Positions 12,811 to 24,086 of a stretch of 64,000 bases of DNA are shown here, in pieces. Within the stretch, counting starts at the first letter, position 1. Every line of letters begins with the position of its first letter. This stretch comes from Lepidodermella squamata (lineage: Eukaryota; Animalia; Gastrotricha). A model generated the notes under the pieces. The model searched no databases, was not told where the DNA came from, and worked only from the letters and a program-made list of their open reading frames with translations. The stretch lies in contig JBLDXI010000026.1 in assembly GCA_047495785.1 (NCBI GenBank), positions 682,001 through 746,000 of the forward strand, read 5' to 3'. Both the position numbers and the translations under genes were made by a program.

Positions 12811-13094
12811 GCGCTGCTCATAATATGGTCCTTTGATCATTTAATTTTCACGGGTCTGTCAGTTTTCATACTTTGGACCCAGGACGTCGGGCATGGCGGA
12901 CTTTTGTAAAATAGTCAGCAATCACTGAAGAATATCGCGAAACGAACCATTTACTCAATGTCCTAGGCGTTACTTTGCGTGGTTGTTCAGTCTGTCAGTA
13001 ATAAGGATCGCGATTATAATGAAACCGGACAAGTTTAGGCCGGAAAGAAATCTAACCAGCACATTCACCGTGTAATTATGACAGAAGAGTTTAC

Positions 13095-13575
13095 ATTAGA
13101 AACTGATTCATGATGAAAACGTCGCTCGAAACACCCAGGAGGGGCATCGTGACCGACGCCCGGACTATGAAATTCTCGGCGCGATTAGAAGCTGTGCTGC
13201 CAGCGAAATGCCGAACGCTGTTATACCTCTTCGATTCATATTGCATATATAAACACGATCTACGATGCGAAAACCATTCTCTACTATTCTCTCCCCTAAT
13301 TATATTATTTGCTTTGTTTGTCTGATGCAATCATCATTTCGGGTCGAAATTCTTGTATTGTCTGTTGCTGGGCCTTTGCGGCTCTTCGTATGGTTTTCTT
13401 AAGCCTTTGGCTGATTTTGAGATGTATCACCTGAAACAAGCAGTATCCTCAAAAATTATTTAAAATCATATTTCAAGGTGTCTGAGATCTCCACTTCTTC
13501 GACATAGGTTCCTTGCATGTATCTTGCATTGAATAGCTTTTTCCAATTTAGCACGCCATTGAATGAGTTGGGAAA
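13095..13575 (-). pseudogene. Decayed fragments of an A-type LBD exon and of a type-C gene
   Basis: ENFIVRASVTMPLLGVSSDVFIM (~13100-13180) is paralogous to the 3162-3273 fragment. TTGAATAGCTTTTTCCAATTTAGCACGCCATTGAAT (~13529-13564) matches 5226-5259 of the type-C gene. Confidence 0.6.
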
Positions 13576-14082
13576 CGTAGGAAACGTATAGGTTGGAATA
13601 TGGAATAGGAAACGTAGGCAGGCAAAGTAAGACTTGGATTACGAATTGCGACCCCGGAGGCCGCTATCTTCTTTACAAGATGATGCACGCGTATGCTGAG
13701 ATCTCTCAACTATTATTGGATAACTTTGCGTCGGTCGATCACTGGAAGAAATTTGACAATCAGTCGATTGATCACCAGTTTAACACTTGGCCACTCTTCG
13801 CCTTCGGGATGACGAAATTCCAGTTAATTAAGTTAGTGTTCCGTAAACCATTGCCATTGTTGCAATGAACATAAACATAATTAACAACGTAAGATATTCG
13901 ATCAAAGTCATTAGCATCTTCAGCTTCTATGAGAACGACACAGAAGTACAGTGCCTACGATTTGCGACTGTCCATCGTGAAAGAAAACCCCAAAGCCCCA
14001 CAAGGGGCCCTTTAGTCAGATCGATAAGGGGCTGAAAGTATCCTTAAGTAAAATTTCAAGTATATTAAAATCTTCATGCCTG

Positions 14083-15502
14083 TCAGTTTAGGTTAAAATA
14101 TTCAGATGTAATCGCGCTTTCTTCTGGTTTGTAGTACAGGAATGCCCTTGCAGCTGTTAGCTGAGCCCCACGCTGTATCGCAGCAGCAGCTTCCTCCGCT
14201 AACCGAATCGTGTTCGAGGCGGCATTTTCGTAGTCCTCCGAGCCTTTAATCGCCAACTTTCTTGAGCAAAGCAGCTTGAGAGCAAGATAAAGATTGCTTC
14301 GGATGCTTTGAATCCCTGTGACTCGTGATTGATCGCAGCCTGCAATTTAAGATGATCTTACTCGAGCTCAATCTAGCTCATATCAAGTAGAGGCCAACCT
14401 CTCAAGAAGGTCAAAGAAAGCAACAAGGCTGCCTCGGCAAACGATGGTTTCCATTTCTCAATATGACGCGCCAATCTCAATCCTGCTTGTACTGACATCT
14501 GAAATAAAGCCGCGCCAATATAGGACAGAAAAAAATCTAGCCTCTACTTACACTGTGTTCAGGAAATTCAGATAGGAAAGTTTGCATAAGGGAGGGATCC
14601 ATGAAAAAACCATTGCTGGAAACGCCCAGAACAGGCAGCGAAATCGATGCCATAGCTGAGAAATTCTTCGCGATTAGTTTTTGCGATGTTTCTAATGGAA
14701 TGCCGAACAAAGCTGTAAAGGGAAGGTATTCAACGTGAAGTTGATTTGAAATCAGGTCTCACGAGCAATGGAATGAGCATATTTGTGACTGATATTTGCC
14801 AATTCACAAACTTGACGAGCCGACAATTCAGTAATGGTTCTCACATCAAGATCAGCCGGTCTTGATGTCAGCATTGGCAACTGTTTGCGAGAAAATATTC
14901 GAAATCGAAGAATGAGGAAACAAACCTACCGAGCTCAAGTCATGAAGTTGCAAAACGCCTTGAATTGAGGAAAATATCGCTTTCTCAACTTTCTCTCCAT
15001 CAAAGAGTGGCGGGTCTATAATCAGGGGTAAATCGTCCTTGGCTTGGGGCGAGTGTTTCATTTGGAGCAACTCCTGGTTGGCTCGAAAAGCTGTGATACG
15101 AGTAGGAAAATCGACTCTGAGCCTCAACAATGATCGTCTAATTACCTTTCTTGCTCTGCATTCCAACTGCGAAACATTTCTTAATGCGGCATTTAGGGCA
15201 AGCTTGGCGGGTGTTTCCAGCGACTATTTCGCAGTCGAACCCTCCATTCCTGCAGCGTAAATCCACGTTCGTCGCATGCCTTGCAAAGTACTTCTGTAGA
15301 AATGTCAAATTTGTCAAAATAAACCCGGGACGAAAAGTTTTCTCACTTGGCATGCCGAACATATCCTGGGATGGTACAGCCTCCTACGAGGAACAGCTGC
15401 GGAACAGACCTTTTGAAGAAATAAAAGTGAGATTTGTAAGAGAAAAGATCACTTTTCTACCTTGCAATAAATTATTCGTTGATTTTTATCGAAATCTGCC
15501 AT
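14083..15502 (-). CDS. Divergent nuclear-receptor-like gene, subfamily A copy 4
   Basis: MADFDKNQRIIYCK|VCSAAVPRRRLYHPRICSACQ|KYFARHATNVDLRCRNGGFDCEIVAGNTRQACPKCRIKKCFAVGMQ...ITSEYFNLN*. Confidence 0.83.
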
Positions 15503-15919
15503 TTCAAAATTGGAAACGAGTGAATTTCTATTAGCCCTTCTAAATAGAGAGCTTACACAGATCTCTAATGATGCTTCACCTGAAACAAGAACAGTGAAAA
15601 TGAACTGCAAAAGTAACACATTTTTACAATGTAGCTTAATGAGAAAAATCAATGAATCGACGTCTGTTTAGATGAAACGACATAGCGTCCTTTTACGAAA
15701 CAGTACATTTCAATGATTCTGTTTGTTTTCATTCTTAGGACATCGGGAATGATGTGCTTTTGTAATGCTCAAATTAAGTTATCTCGTATGCAATCACTGA
15801 CATAGCGCAGTTAACCCTCTCACGGCGGGAAGGATGATTTCGGAATTTCGACTTTGGAAATTCACAATTCCCTTAATTTGAGGAAATTGGTTGACCAGAC
15901 CCCGACGGGGCATTCCTCG

Positions 15920-16452
15920 TGTTCCACGTCGCGCTCAGCTCGACCAGGATGCGACGGGCCAGCAATCTCTCTTATCAAACACCTTCATCGGGCTTCGGCT
16001 CGTAGGTTGTGCCGTTGCGCTCCGGCTCACATACGCGCGCAGGAGCCAGAGCCCGACTACGTTTGATTTCAGCTTTTTACTAGTCATTCTATTTTTGTTC
16101 CATGGAAGCGGAGTAGAAAGTGTGTATTTAAGTGTCTACTAGCCCCTGAGCGGTGTCTACTACAGTGATTGAGACATAAAGCTTGTGACTTCACGATTTT
16201 TGGGTAAATTTGTATTAATTAACAAAATGTTCGGCCACTCGACGTAGTCGATCAGTGCGGTCGGGCTCTGGCTCCCGCGCAAGAAGTATGAGACGGAGCA
16301 CGGCGGGACAATGCGCGCGAGCGTCCATTGTTCTCGATTTGAAGCCCACCGTACTTCGGACTTCGGTGACTACGAGCCGAAACCCGGAGAATGGTGTTTG
16401 ATAAGAGAGATTGCAGGCCCGTCGCATCCTGCTCGACTAGACCGCGATGTGG
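15920..16452. repeat. GC-rich inverted repeat pair (arms ~15920-16060 and ~16240-16452)
   Basis: CAGGATGCGACGGGCC[A/T]GCAATCTCTCTTATCAAACACC...GGAGCCAGAGCCCGAC is present once on each strand. The right arm has an extra internal segment. Confidence 0.7.
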
Positions 16453-16469
16453 TCGCTTTCGGACTTCGG

Positions 16470-17200
16470 TCGTAACTCGTAACATCAACATCGGCGACTG
16501 ATCGCGAGAAACGAGAATCAATGAGCTCAAATGACGCAGCAGCATTCCCAATGAATTGAGGTTTTACAGTCGCTTTTTCAACCTTCGACCCATCATGGAG
16601 AGGCGGGTCCACGACCAGAGGGAATTTAGGTTCACATTCGAAATTAGAGTTTTTTCTTGGCCTGATTGTAGGTCCAAATTTTACAGCGGCAAACATTTTA
16701 TGTATCTATTTATTCCCAAGCAAATTTCTTGCTTATTATTCCGACTGCGAAGCATTATCAGACATCTAGGAAATGCCAGGACTGGCCATCGAAACGTCGC
16801 ATAAGTAAATAGGTAGCAATACAAGAAACTTAAAAATGTCTTCGCGTTATTCTTCTCATTGAATTTAGTAATCTTAGAATTCGAAAATCTAGAAATCGAT
16901 ACGCAGATATTTCTGCGTATCGATTTTCGAATTCTAAGATTATGATGGGTACGTGGTACCCGAAACGTTGCTGAACTTCCACATTATCGGAATAAAATGA
17001 CTCGAGGTCGCAAAACTGTTGCCTTATATTTATATTTTATCCATACGAATATAATTATTTTCTGTGTCGAATCAGAGCTGGGACAGTTCATTATAATTGT
17101 CTACCTTATTACCTAGTGAATAATTCATCGCAATGCGATTCTTCTTTAATGCTGCGTTATTCGTTATTGTTTTTAGCATGCTTCGCAAAAAACCTGTACG
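16470..17200 (-). pseudogene. Decayed subfamily A nuclear-receptor-like gene
   Basis: Remnants FFAKHA (~17175-17192), CFAVG (~16740-16755) and FPLVVDPPLHDGSKVEKA (~16570-16626), plus the start of exon 5 (PMLMLR, ~16475-16495), with frameshifts and intervening insertions. Confidence 0.65.
16869..16942. repeat. Short near-perfect hairpin
   Basis: TAATCTTAGAATTCGAAAATC[TAGAAATC]GATACGCAGA-tatt-TCTGCGTATCGATTTTCGAATTCTAAGATTA: a 31-bp stem with one 8-nt bulge. Confidence 0.8.
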
Positions 17201-17957
17201 CATTCAGTGTTCTAGATACGCGCGAAGTCTCTGCAAGTTGAGGTTTCATAAAATGTCGCGCTGCCATTTGCGAAGTCTGCAAAATCAGACATACCAACAA
17301 TCTATTGTATTAGGATAGCAATCATAAATTAGACGATAATCGTTGTCGGACAATTCTCCTTTTCAATTTCACAGACAACAAAAATTAATACAAACGACAT
17401 CGTAATTTGACCGTAATGTCTGAGCATTCCGCGCAGCTAGGCGAAGTGCACGAAGCGCATGGAGTGAACATATACGCAGCCGTAGGTCAAATGACAAATA
17501 TACTTGCTGACATGGCAATGACGATAATTAGAAGCTCTAAAGTTGAGCCTGCATCCGAATCTAAGAAGGAACAGCTAGATTCAAGTCACCGACTCGGTGC
17601 GATAACTCCACAACTCGGGCCAAGCATATTAAATTCATTATTATTAAATTTGCACGAGCTTCGATCGACTTCGGAAGCCATCCTCTTGGCACTACTTTTA
17701 TGTCTTTTGTAAAAAAATTGAAAATTGAAAATCCCAATGAAACATAAAAATATCATCTTCAGCAATCACCAGTTTTAATTCAGCGAAAAAAATTCCCAAC
17801 GCCAAACAGTATTTTCCACGACTTCCCAGGCGAACACAGCAAAGACACGCAAAATATATATCATAATGAGTCATTAGCTATCCCCTTTAATTATCTGATG
17901 TCGCAGGTTTAACAAGCCATGAGCTAATCGTCCCGCCTCGTTAACTCCGGCCCGCCA

Positions 17958-19401
17958 TTAGTTGAGATCAAAATACTCTGACGCGGTAGCGACTTCCTCT
18001 GGTTTATAGAATTCGAAGGCCCTTGCAGCCGTCAACCGGGCGCCGGTATCTAGTGCGGCTACTGCGTTCTCTGCAAACCGAATTGCTAGATCAGCTATCA
18101 TTTCCTGATTCTCCGAACTCTGCCGTAATGCCGACATCTTCGAAGAAAGAAGCTTGAAGGCAAGGTGAAGAGTGCTTCGAAAGTTTTGAAGTCGCTTGCA
18201 ACCCGATTGCTCACATCCTATCAAGCAAAAATATGTCGGTACTAAGTCACTATGGGTAGGTAAAACCAACCTCTCAGAAAGATCAGTGAGAGAAATAAAG
18301 CTGATTCGATGAACGAAGGTTTCCATCGGCTCATATGGACGGCCACTTTCACCCCTGCTTCCACAGTCGGCTGAAATGTATTATCCTATCATGCGAGAAA
18401 TATTCGATTAAACTAATTACTAACCACATGCTCAGGAAATATCGATAGGAAAATGGGCACAAGTGATTCGTCCATGTAGAACCCATTAGCTGAAACACCG
18501 AGGATAGGCAACGCTATCGCGGACATTACTTTGAAGTTCTTTGCTGTCAGTTTCTCAGAAAGATTCAAAGGAACGTCAAACAAAGCTGTTTTCAACAGAA
18601 AGTTTAGGCGAAAGAACAGGCAATAATTGGACATATTTACGCGCTATGTTCTGAGCAAATTTCGAAGTGATTTTCGCGCATTGGCACACATGACGTGCGG
18701 TCATTTGAATAAGCGAGATAGCATTGTGTTCCGTGCCGTCAGCTGTCAGCATTGGTAACTAGGTCGAATAATACATTTAACCTTATTTTGACCATAATAT
18801 AGAAACTCCGACTTACAGAGCTGAAATCATGAAGTAGTAACATGCCATTTATTGATTTCGCTATAGCATTCTCCACTTGCTCCCCATCGTATAGTGGAGG
18901 GTCAACGACAAGAGGCAAGTTGTTCTCAGGCTCTGAAACTCTATCACTGGAGTTGTTTTGCTCTGGTGGACTAGATTGATTCGACGATCGAGGGCCTGCT
19001 GCTAAACTTGTGATGAATTATGTTGGCTTTAAGTATGATTTTCCTTACCTCTTCTGCTCTGCATTCCAACGGCGATGCATTTATCAAGACGGCATTTAGA
19101 GCAGACTCGCCGAGTGTTTCCAGCAATGTCGCAGTTCGATCCCCCTTTGATACACTGCAAATCCGTAGTTGTAGCATGTCTCGCAAAGAACTTCTGCAAT
19201 AACAGAGGATTCATTTCAGTCCAAGCGATATCTGCAATCTTACCTGACAGGCGAAGCAAATTCTGGGGTGATACAGCTTCCTTGGAGGAACAACAATAGA
19301 GCAGACCTTTCAAGAAACTTTTTCTTGAGATGTTAATGCGAAAAGTTAATTTCCAGTACCTTGCACCGCACTATTCGCTCAACTTTGTCGCACTCGGCCA
19401 T
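17958..19401 (-). CDS. Divergent nuclear-receptor-like gene, subfamily A copy 5 (most divergent A)
   Basis: MAECDKVERIVRCK|VCSIVVPPRKLYHPRICFACQ|KFFARHATTTDLQCIKGGSNCDIAGNTRRVCSKCRLDKCIAVGMQ...ATASEYFDLN*. Confidence 0.83.
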
Positions 19402-21240
19402 GTTAAATGAAGTTAATTTAAGGCGGCTCTTTCAAGTAAAATTCCTATTTGTGCGCTGTAAATATGCTGTGCTACGAACGAAAAATAGCATGAATGAACC
19501 TGCAAAAAATACGTTATTTGCACGCGTTCTCTACTAGGCAAATCGATAAATCGACTAGGCGGCTAGACATTTCGGATGCTCCGGTGAAAAGTCCTGTTGT
19601 TATCATACGTCAAAAAGTCTGTCGCATGTTATCACTCATCGGCGAAGAGATATGAAGTATTATAGGGACTACTCAATCTGTCCTCGCCTCATTTTGCTCA
19701 ATAAATTTCCACTTCGTGGAATTCAGTATTTATAGACATGAGCGTCCTCGTTGCGATCAAAGTCCGATATCATCAGGCATCATTTTTTAATCAGATTGCG
19801 ATTTCAAAGAAAAACCGACATTAGAAAATAAAATTGTCGGCCTACAAGCAGACGTAAAACTATGATAATTGGTCACTTTCAATACGGCGAGTTTATGAGA
19901 TGCGATGAAGAGTGTCAAGAATATCAAGATGCTTTCGATCTGTGTCAAACCTTTTGCTCCATGCTACTTGGTCACGCCATTTCACCCCATAGGTATTTCA
20001 ACCCGGACGGTCCTAAGCAGACGTCCTAAGTCGAAGCAATTTGCTTGGCTTAGTAGTGTAGTAAGCCGGACTACGTTAAGCCGGACTTGCGCTATAACGG
20101 ACAAATTATGAATTTATAACATCAAATTTATAACATCGGAAAGCCCGACTTGAAGTATAATTTCCTGGAAAACTCTCTGTTTAAGAGCACGAACCACGCT
20201 GCGACAAAGCAACAACATTTATGAAACCTTGGAAACTGAACTTTTTTCCGTTTTGAGGTATTTGGCTTTGCCTTTCCCTACAGAAAACGCCTTTTTATAT
20301 GAAATTGACATCAAATTATTTCGGTTGATTATAAAACTGACTTGAGATCCCTTCATAATCATTTGTAAGATAAAACTTCGAAGCTTCAGTTCCTCACTTC
20401 AAAAAAGCGAGTGCAATTTTCAGAGGCGGAAGCGCTATGCTATAGGCACAGACATCGCAGACATGATAGAGCACGGACTAGCCATCCAGTCAAGCGTCCC
20501 AATAAGTACAGCGCAGGTGCACTTATTGATCGATTTCTATAATAAGAATTATGAATTATGTACTGAATTCGAAGCCTTTCTCGCGTTTGAACCGACATCC
20601 GATAAAATGGGCGAAAGTAGCAGTGGCTCTCTAGTTGCATTCCTAATTTGTGAGCTTGTCTCCGATGACTTTTATTTTGTCTGCGTTTCATTAAAATTTT
20701 TGATGCCTGATTAAAGACAAATTATTTTCTTTGAACTTGATCTTCGCGCAGAACTCAGGAAAACAGGAACTGTTGGCGCCATCGCAAACGGTTGTTATCT
20801 GTCGAGATTTAGGGGGAAAATTGATTACTGACAGTGAAAGTCGCTAGAAAACACTTCTTAAATTTAGAAGCCACAGTCGTGAGAAAATTGCGATTAACAC
20901 ATTCATTTTATCGCATTTATATGCTAGTTTAATAAGCAGGTTATCGCCTTGATGAACTTGTCGTACATCGCGAGGTCGGTTGTGACCTGAATTAGCTTTC
21001 CAAAACGCGGCGTGAACGCTCGCGTGATTCAAGATTTAATCCATTACTGGCTTGGTTTCTGCTCGGTGTGGCGTGATACCGGAACAGCGTGAAGGTGGGG
21101 CACGACTTCCAAGAGATAAAAAAGCAAAAAAATGTCTAGAGATATCAAACACAACTACAGACAAAGTGGAGTCAATAAAAAGCGTGAGAACTTGCCTCGG
21201 GAAAGCTTTATTACAAATAACACACCCGAAATATTGAGAT

Positions 21241-22783
21241 ATGATTCCAAGATTAGCTGTTTTGTTCGCAGCCCTTGTTGCAGCCTCGAAAGGTTTGATT
21301 TCATCCATCATAATCACTCAATCCCCTCTTGAAATTTCGATTTTTTTTTAAAGCGGCTGCTCCAACTTCAGTCTGCTATGAAGACCTGGGATGCTTTTCC
21401 ACTGACCCGCCATTCAGCGCTTTCGGCAGGGTCGCTCTTCTACCCAACAGCCCTGAAGACATCAAGACCGAATTCCACCTTTACACCCGTAAGAACATGG
21501 ACAAATCGCAAATTCTGATCGCTAAGAATGACACTGCGCTCAGCCACTCGTTCTACAACGGCCAAGTTCCAACAAAATTCATCATGCACGGTTGGATTGA
21601 TTCAACCGGTCTCGGACCTTGGATGAAGGAAATGGCTAAGCATTTCCTGATGTCGGAGGACTGTAACGTTATCTTGGTCAACTGGGTTGGCGGTGGTCGT
21701 AAGCTGTATGGCCAGGCTGTTGCTAACACCCGAGTCGTCGGTGCTCAGATCGCCCAGCTCTCGTTTTGGCTGAGTGAGAAAACCGGGGCTGATCACAACA
21801 GCTTCCACCTGCTGGGCCACTCTCTCGGCTCCCACGTCGCTGGCTACGCTGGTGAGCGTATGCCAAACCTCGGCAGGATCACTGGCATGGACCCGGCTGA
21901 TCCCTACTTCCAAAACATGAGCCGAGCTGTAAGGCTTGACGAAACCGACGCGAAGTTTGTGGATATCATCCATACTGATGCCAACGACATCTTCACTATT
22001 CTCAACCCGTTCAACAACATGAATGGCATGGGCCTGTGGCAGCCGTCTGGCCACGTCGATGTCTACCCCAACGGTGGCTTGAACCAACCAGGCTGTGGCG
22101 CCAAAGGGCCAATTAAGTTGATCATCAGCAACGGCATTGTCGAGGGCATGCGTTACACTATTGCCTGTGCCCATATGAGGTCCTATGACTACGCTATGGA
22201 ATCTATCACATCTTCATGCCCGTTCAGGTCTTATGCTTGCAAAGATTTCGACGAGTTCAAAACTGGCCGGTGCTTGCGATGCCCGGCGACTGGCGATAAG
22301 ACCAAAGTCTGCAACGGCTTGGGAAATGTTGCGACCAAGCCGAGCGATAACTCTGTTAACAACGTTTTCTGGAGTGTAACTGGTGACAAGGCCCCATTCT
22401 GCCGCTACCACTACCATGTCCAGCTAACTATCAAGAACGATAAGAATAAGAAGCAAAAGGGCATTGTTTGGGTCCGATTGTTCGGAGACCGCGGCGCGAC
22501 GGATAAGCTGCAACTCGGCGACGGTAATTTCTACATCAACCCTGGAGCTGTTTACGATTTCCTGGTCGCCTCACCGGTGAACATTGGCAAGCCGACTTCA
22601 GTTGAAGTTTCATGGAAACATGATGCTGCTTTCTATGAAATCAGCCAGTGGCAATGGAGCCCGACTATTGTTCCGCAGAGCATTGCTGTTTTCGGTGGCG
22701 AGTCACAGCTCGAAGCTAATTTCTGCGATAACGGCAGCGCCTTGAAGAGCAAAGCTTCTCGCAACGTCTCCAAGTTTTGCTGA
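21241..22783 (+). CDS. Secreted pancreatic-lipase-family protein with C-terminal PLAT domain (exons 21241-21292, 21354-22783; 493 aa)
   Basis: The signal peptide MIPRLAVLFAALVAASKA is spliced to VCYEDLGCFS. Motifs: HGW, GHSLG (Ser), GMDPA (Asp), VDIIHTD, YPNGG..QPGC, CAH (His). A lid lies between QPGC and IAC, and a PLAT-like beta domain follows PFCRYHY. Confidence 0.93.
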
Positions 22784-24086
22784 TAAGCTTTTGTTTGAAA
22801 CAGTTGCTAAGCAATGACACTGACCGACGCTTTTAATGAAAATTATAGTTTCTTAGGAATGGCAAAGTTCATCCTTTCCTATTGCTTCCTCGTGAAAGAG
22901 AGCTTCCAATTAAATTTCAATGCAACCCCGGCTAGAATAGCGCATAGTTTTGATTTATTGAAGGGAAATGAAACCACAGCTTTGCAGCCCCCTTGACAAC
23001 AATGATTTTCCCTGACATTGGAAACGCAATGCCTACTTTGATAGCTGAATTCGATCATGCTTGATTTATATTTCTCGGAAATAAATTATGCGGAAAACTT
23101 CAAAGATCAATGGAAAATATCCGATCCCCAATACAGTCAGCATTTCGGTTTCTTATTTCTCGATCCAATGTTCCCTGAATTTAGGCGGGCGTTGTTCAGA
23201 TTTTTCGCAGTATTTGATAGCAGTTAGACGTTTAATACGAACAAACGGACGAAGTCAACATTTTCATAATTGTTTAAAAAGCTCGAACTCAACCGCTAGG
23301 TCGTTCTGAGGACATTAAGGCATGTTCTTATGTTCATAGATGTGTAAATATCAGCGACTCAAACCCGATGGCTTTCAATTGCATGTTATTTTGCTGATGA
23401 CATTTAAAGGTCCCATTTTCTCTGAATAGGACGTTCTTGCCTGGCGCTTGTCTGGTTTACACGAATTTCATCTTTGGTGCATAAATATTGGGCGAGGTTG
23501 GAGAGAATGAAAGATACACGATTTTTTGACATAAACTCAAGGACTAGTGGCAATTGGGCAATGAACGATCCCAAATAAACTCTCGCCGATTCATTTTAAG
23601 CAACATTCCGCCCATATCGCGGACTTCACAATGAGCTGTTCAAGTATAAATTGTTGAGTTAACCATGAAAGTCGCTGAGAAACATGTGAGTCCTTCATAA
23701 AGATGAAATGCAGGTCTAAAAAGTGAACTCAAAAAAGAAGTCATCAGCAAGCGGAAATTTTTACGCCGAATCATGTGAGCCCCAACGAACGTCCTTTCTT
23801 ATTTTTTGCAGCCATGCTTTCTAATGTCACCATCGGGTGAGTGCATGCACTGCCTTTGTATTAGTTGAATTTTTCCGATGCCCGAGTTTAATATCTCATC
23901 GAGCAACAGACGTCGCGTGCTGGGGACATTAATGATTTACGCCACTTCATCGATTTCTCCTGCGTCCTGTTACGACTCGTTCCTAAGTCCGATTATCGCC
24001 TTGCTCGATATACGTTTTTATGCTTTTGAACACTCGATGCAGTTATATTCGTAATTGAAAATTCGAAAGATGAGAAGAAATATGAG

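Noticed and set aside
21602-22174. 190-aa minus-strand ORF
   Set aside because: Antisense shadow of the lipase exon caused by its codon bias; no motifs.
21241-22783. Horizontal transfer of the lipase
   Set aside because: The protein has animal pancreatic-lipase architecture and a normal spliceosomal intron; intron paucity alone is not evidence of transfer.
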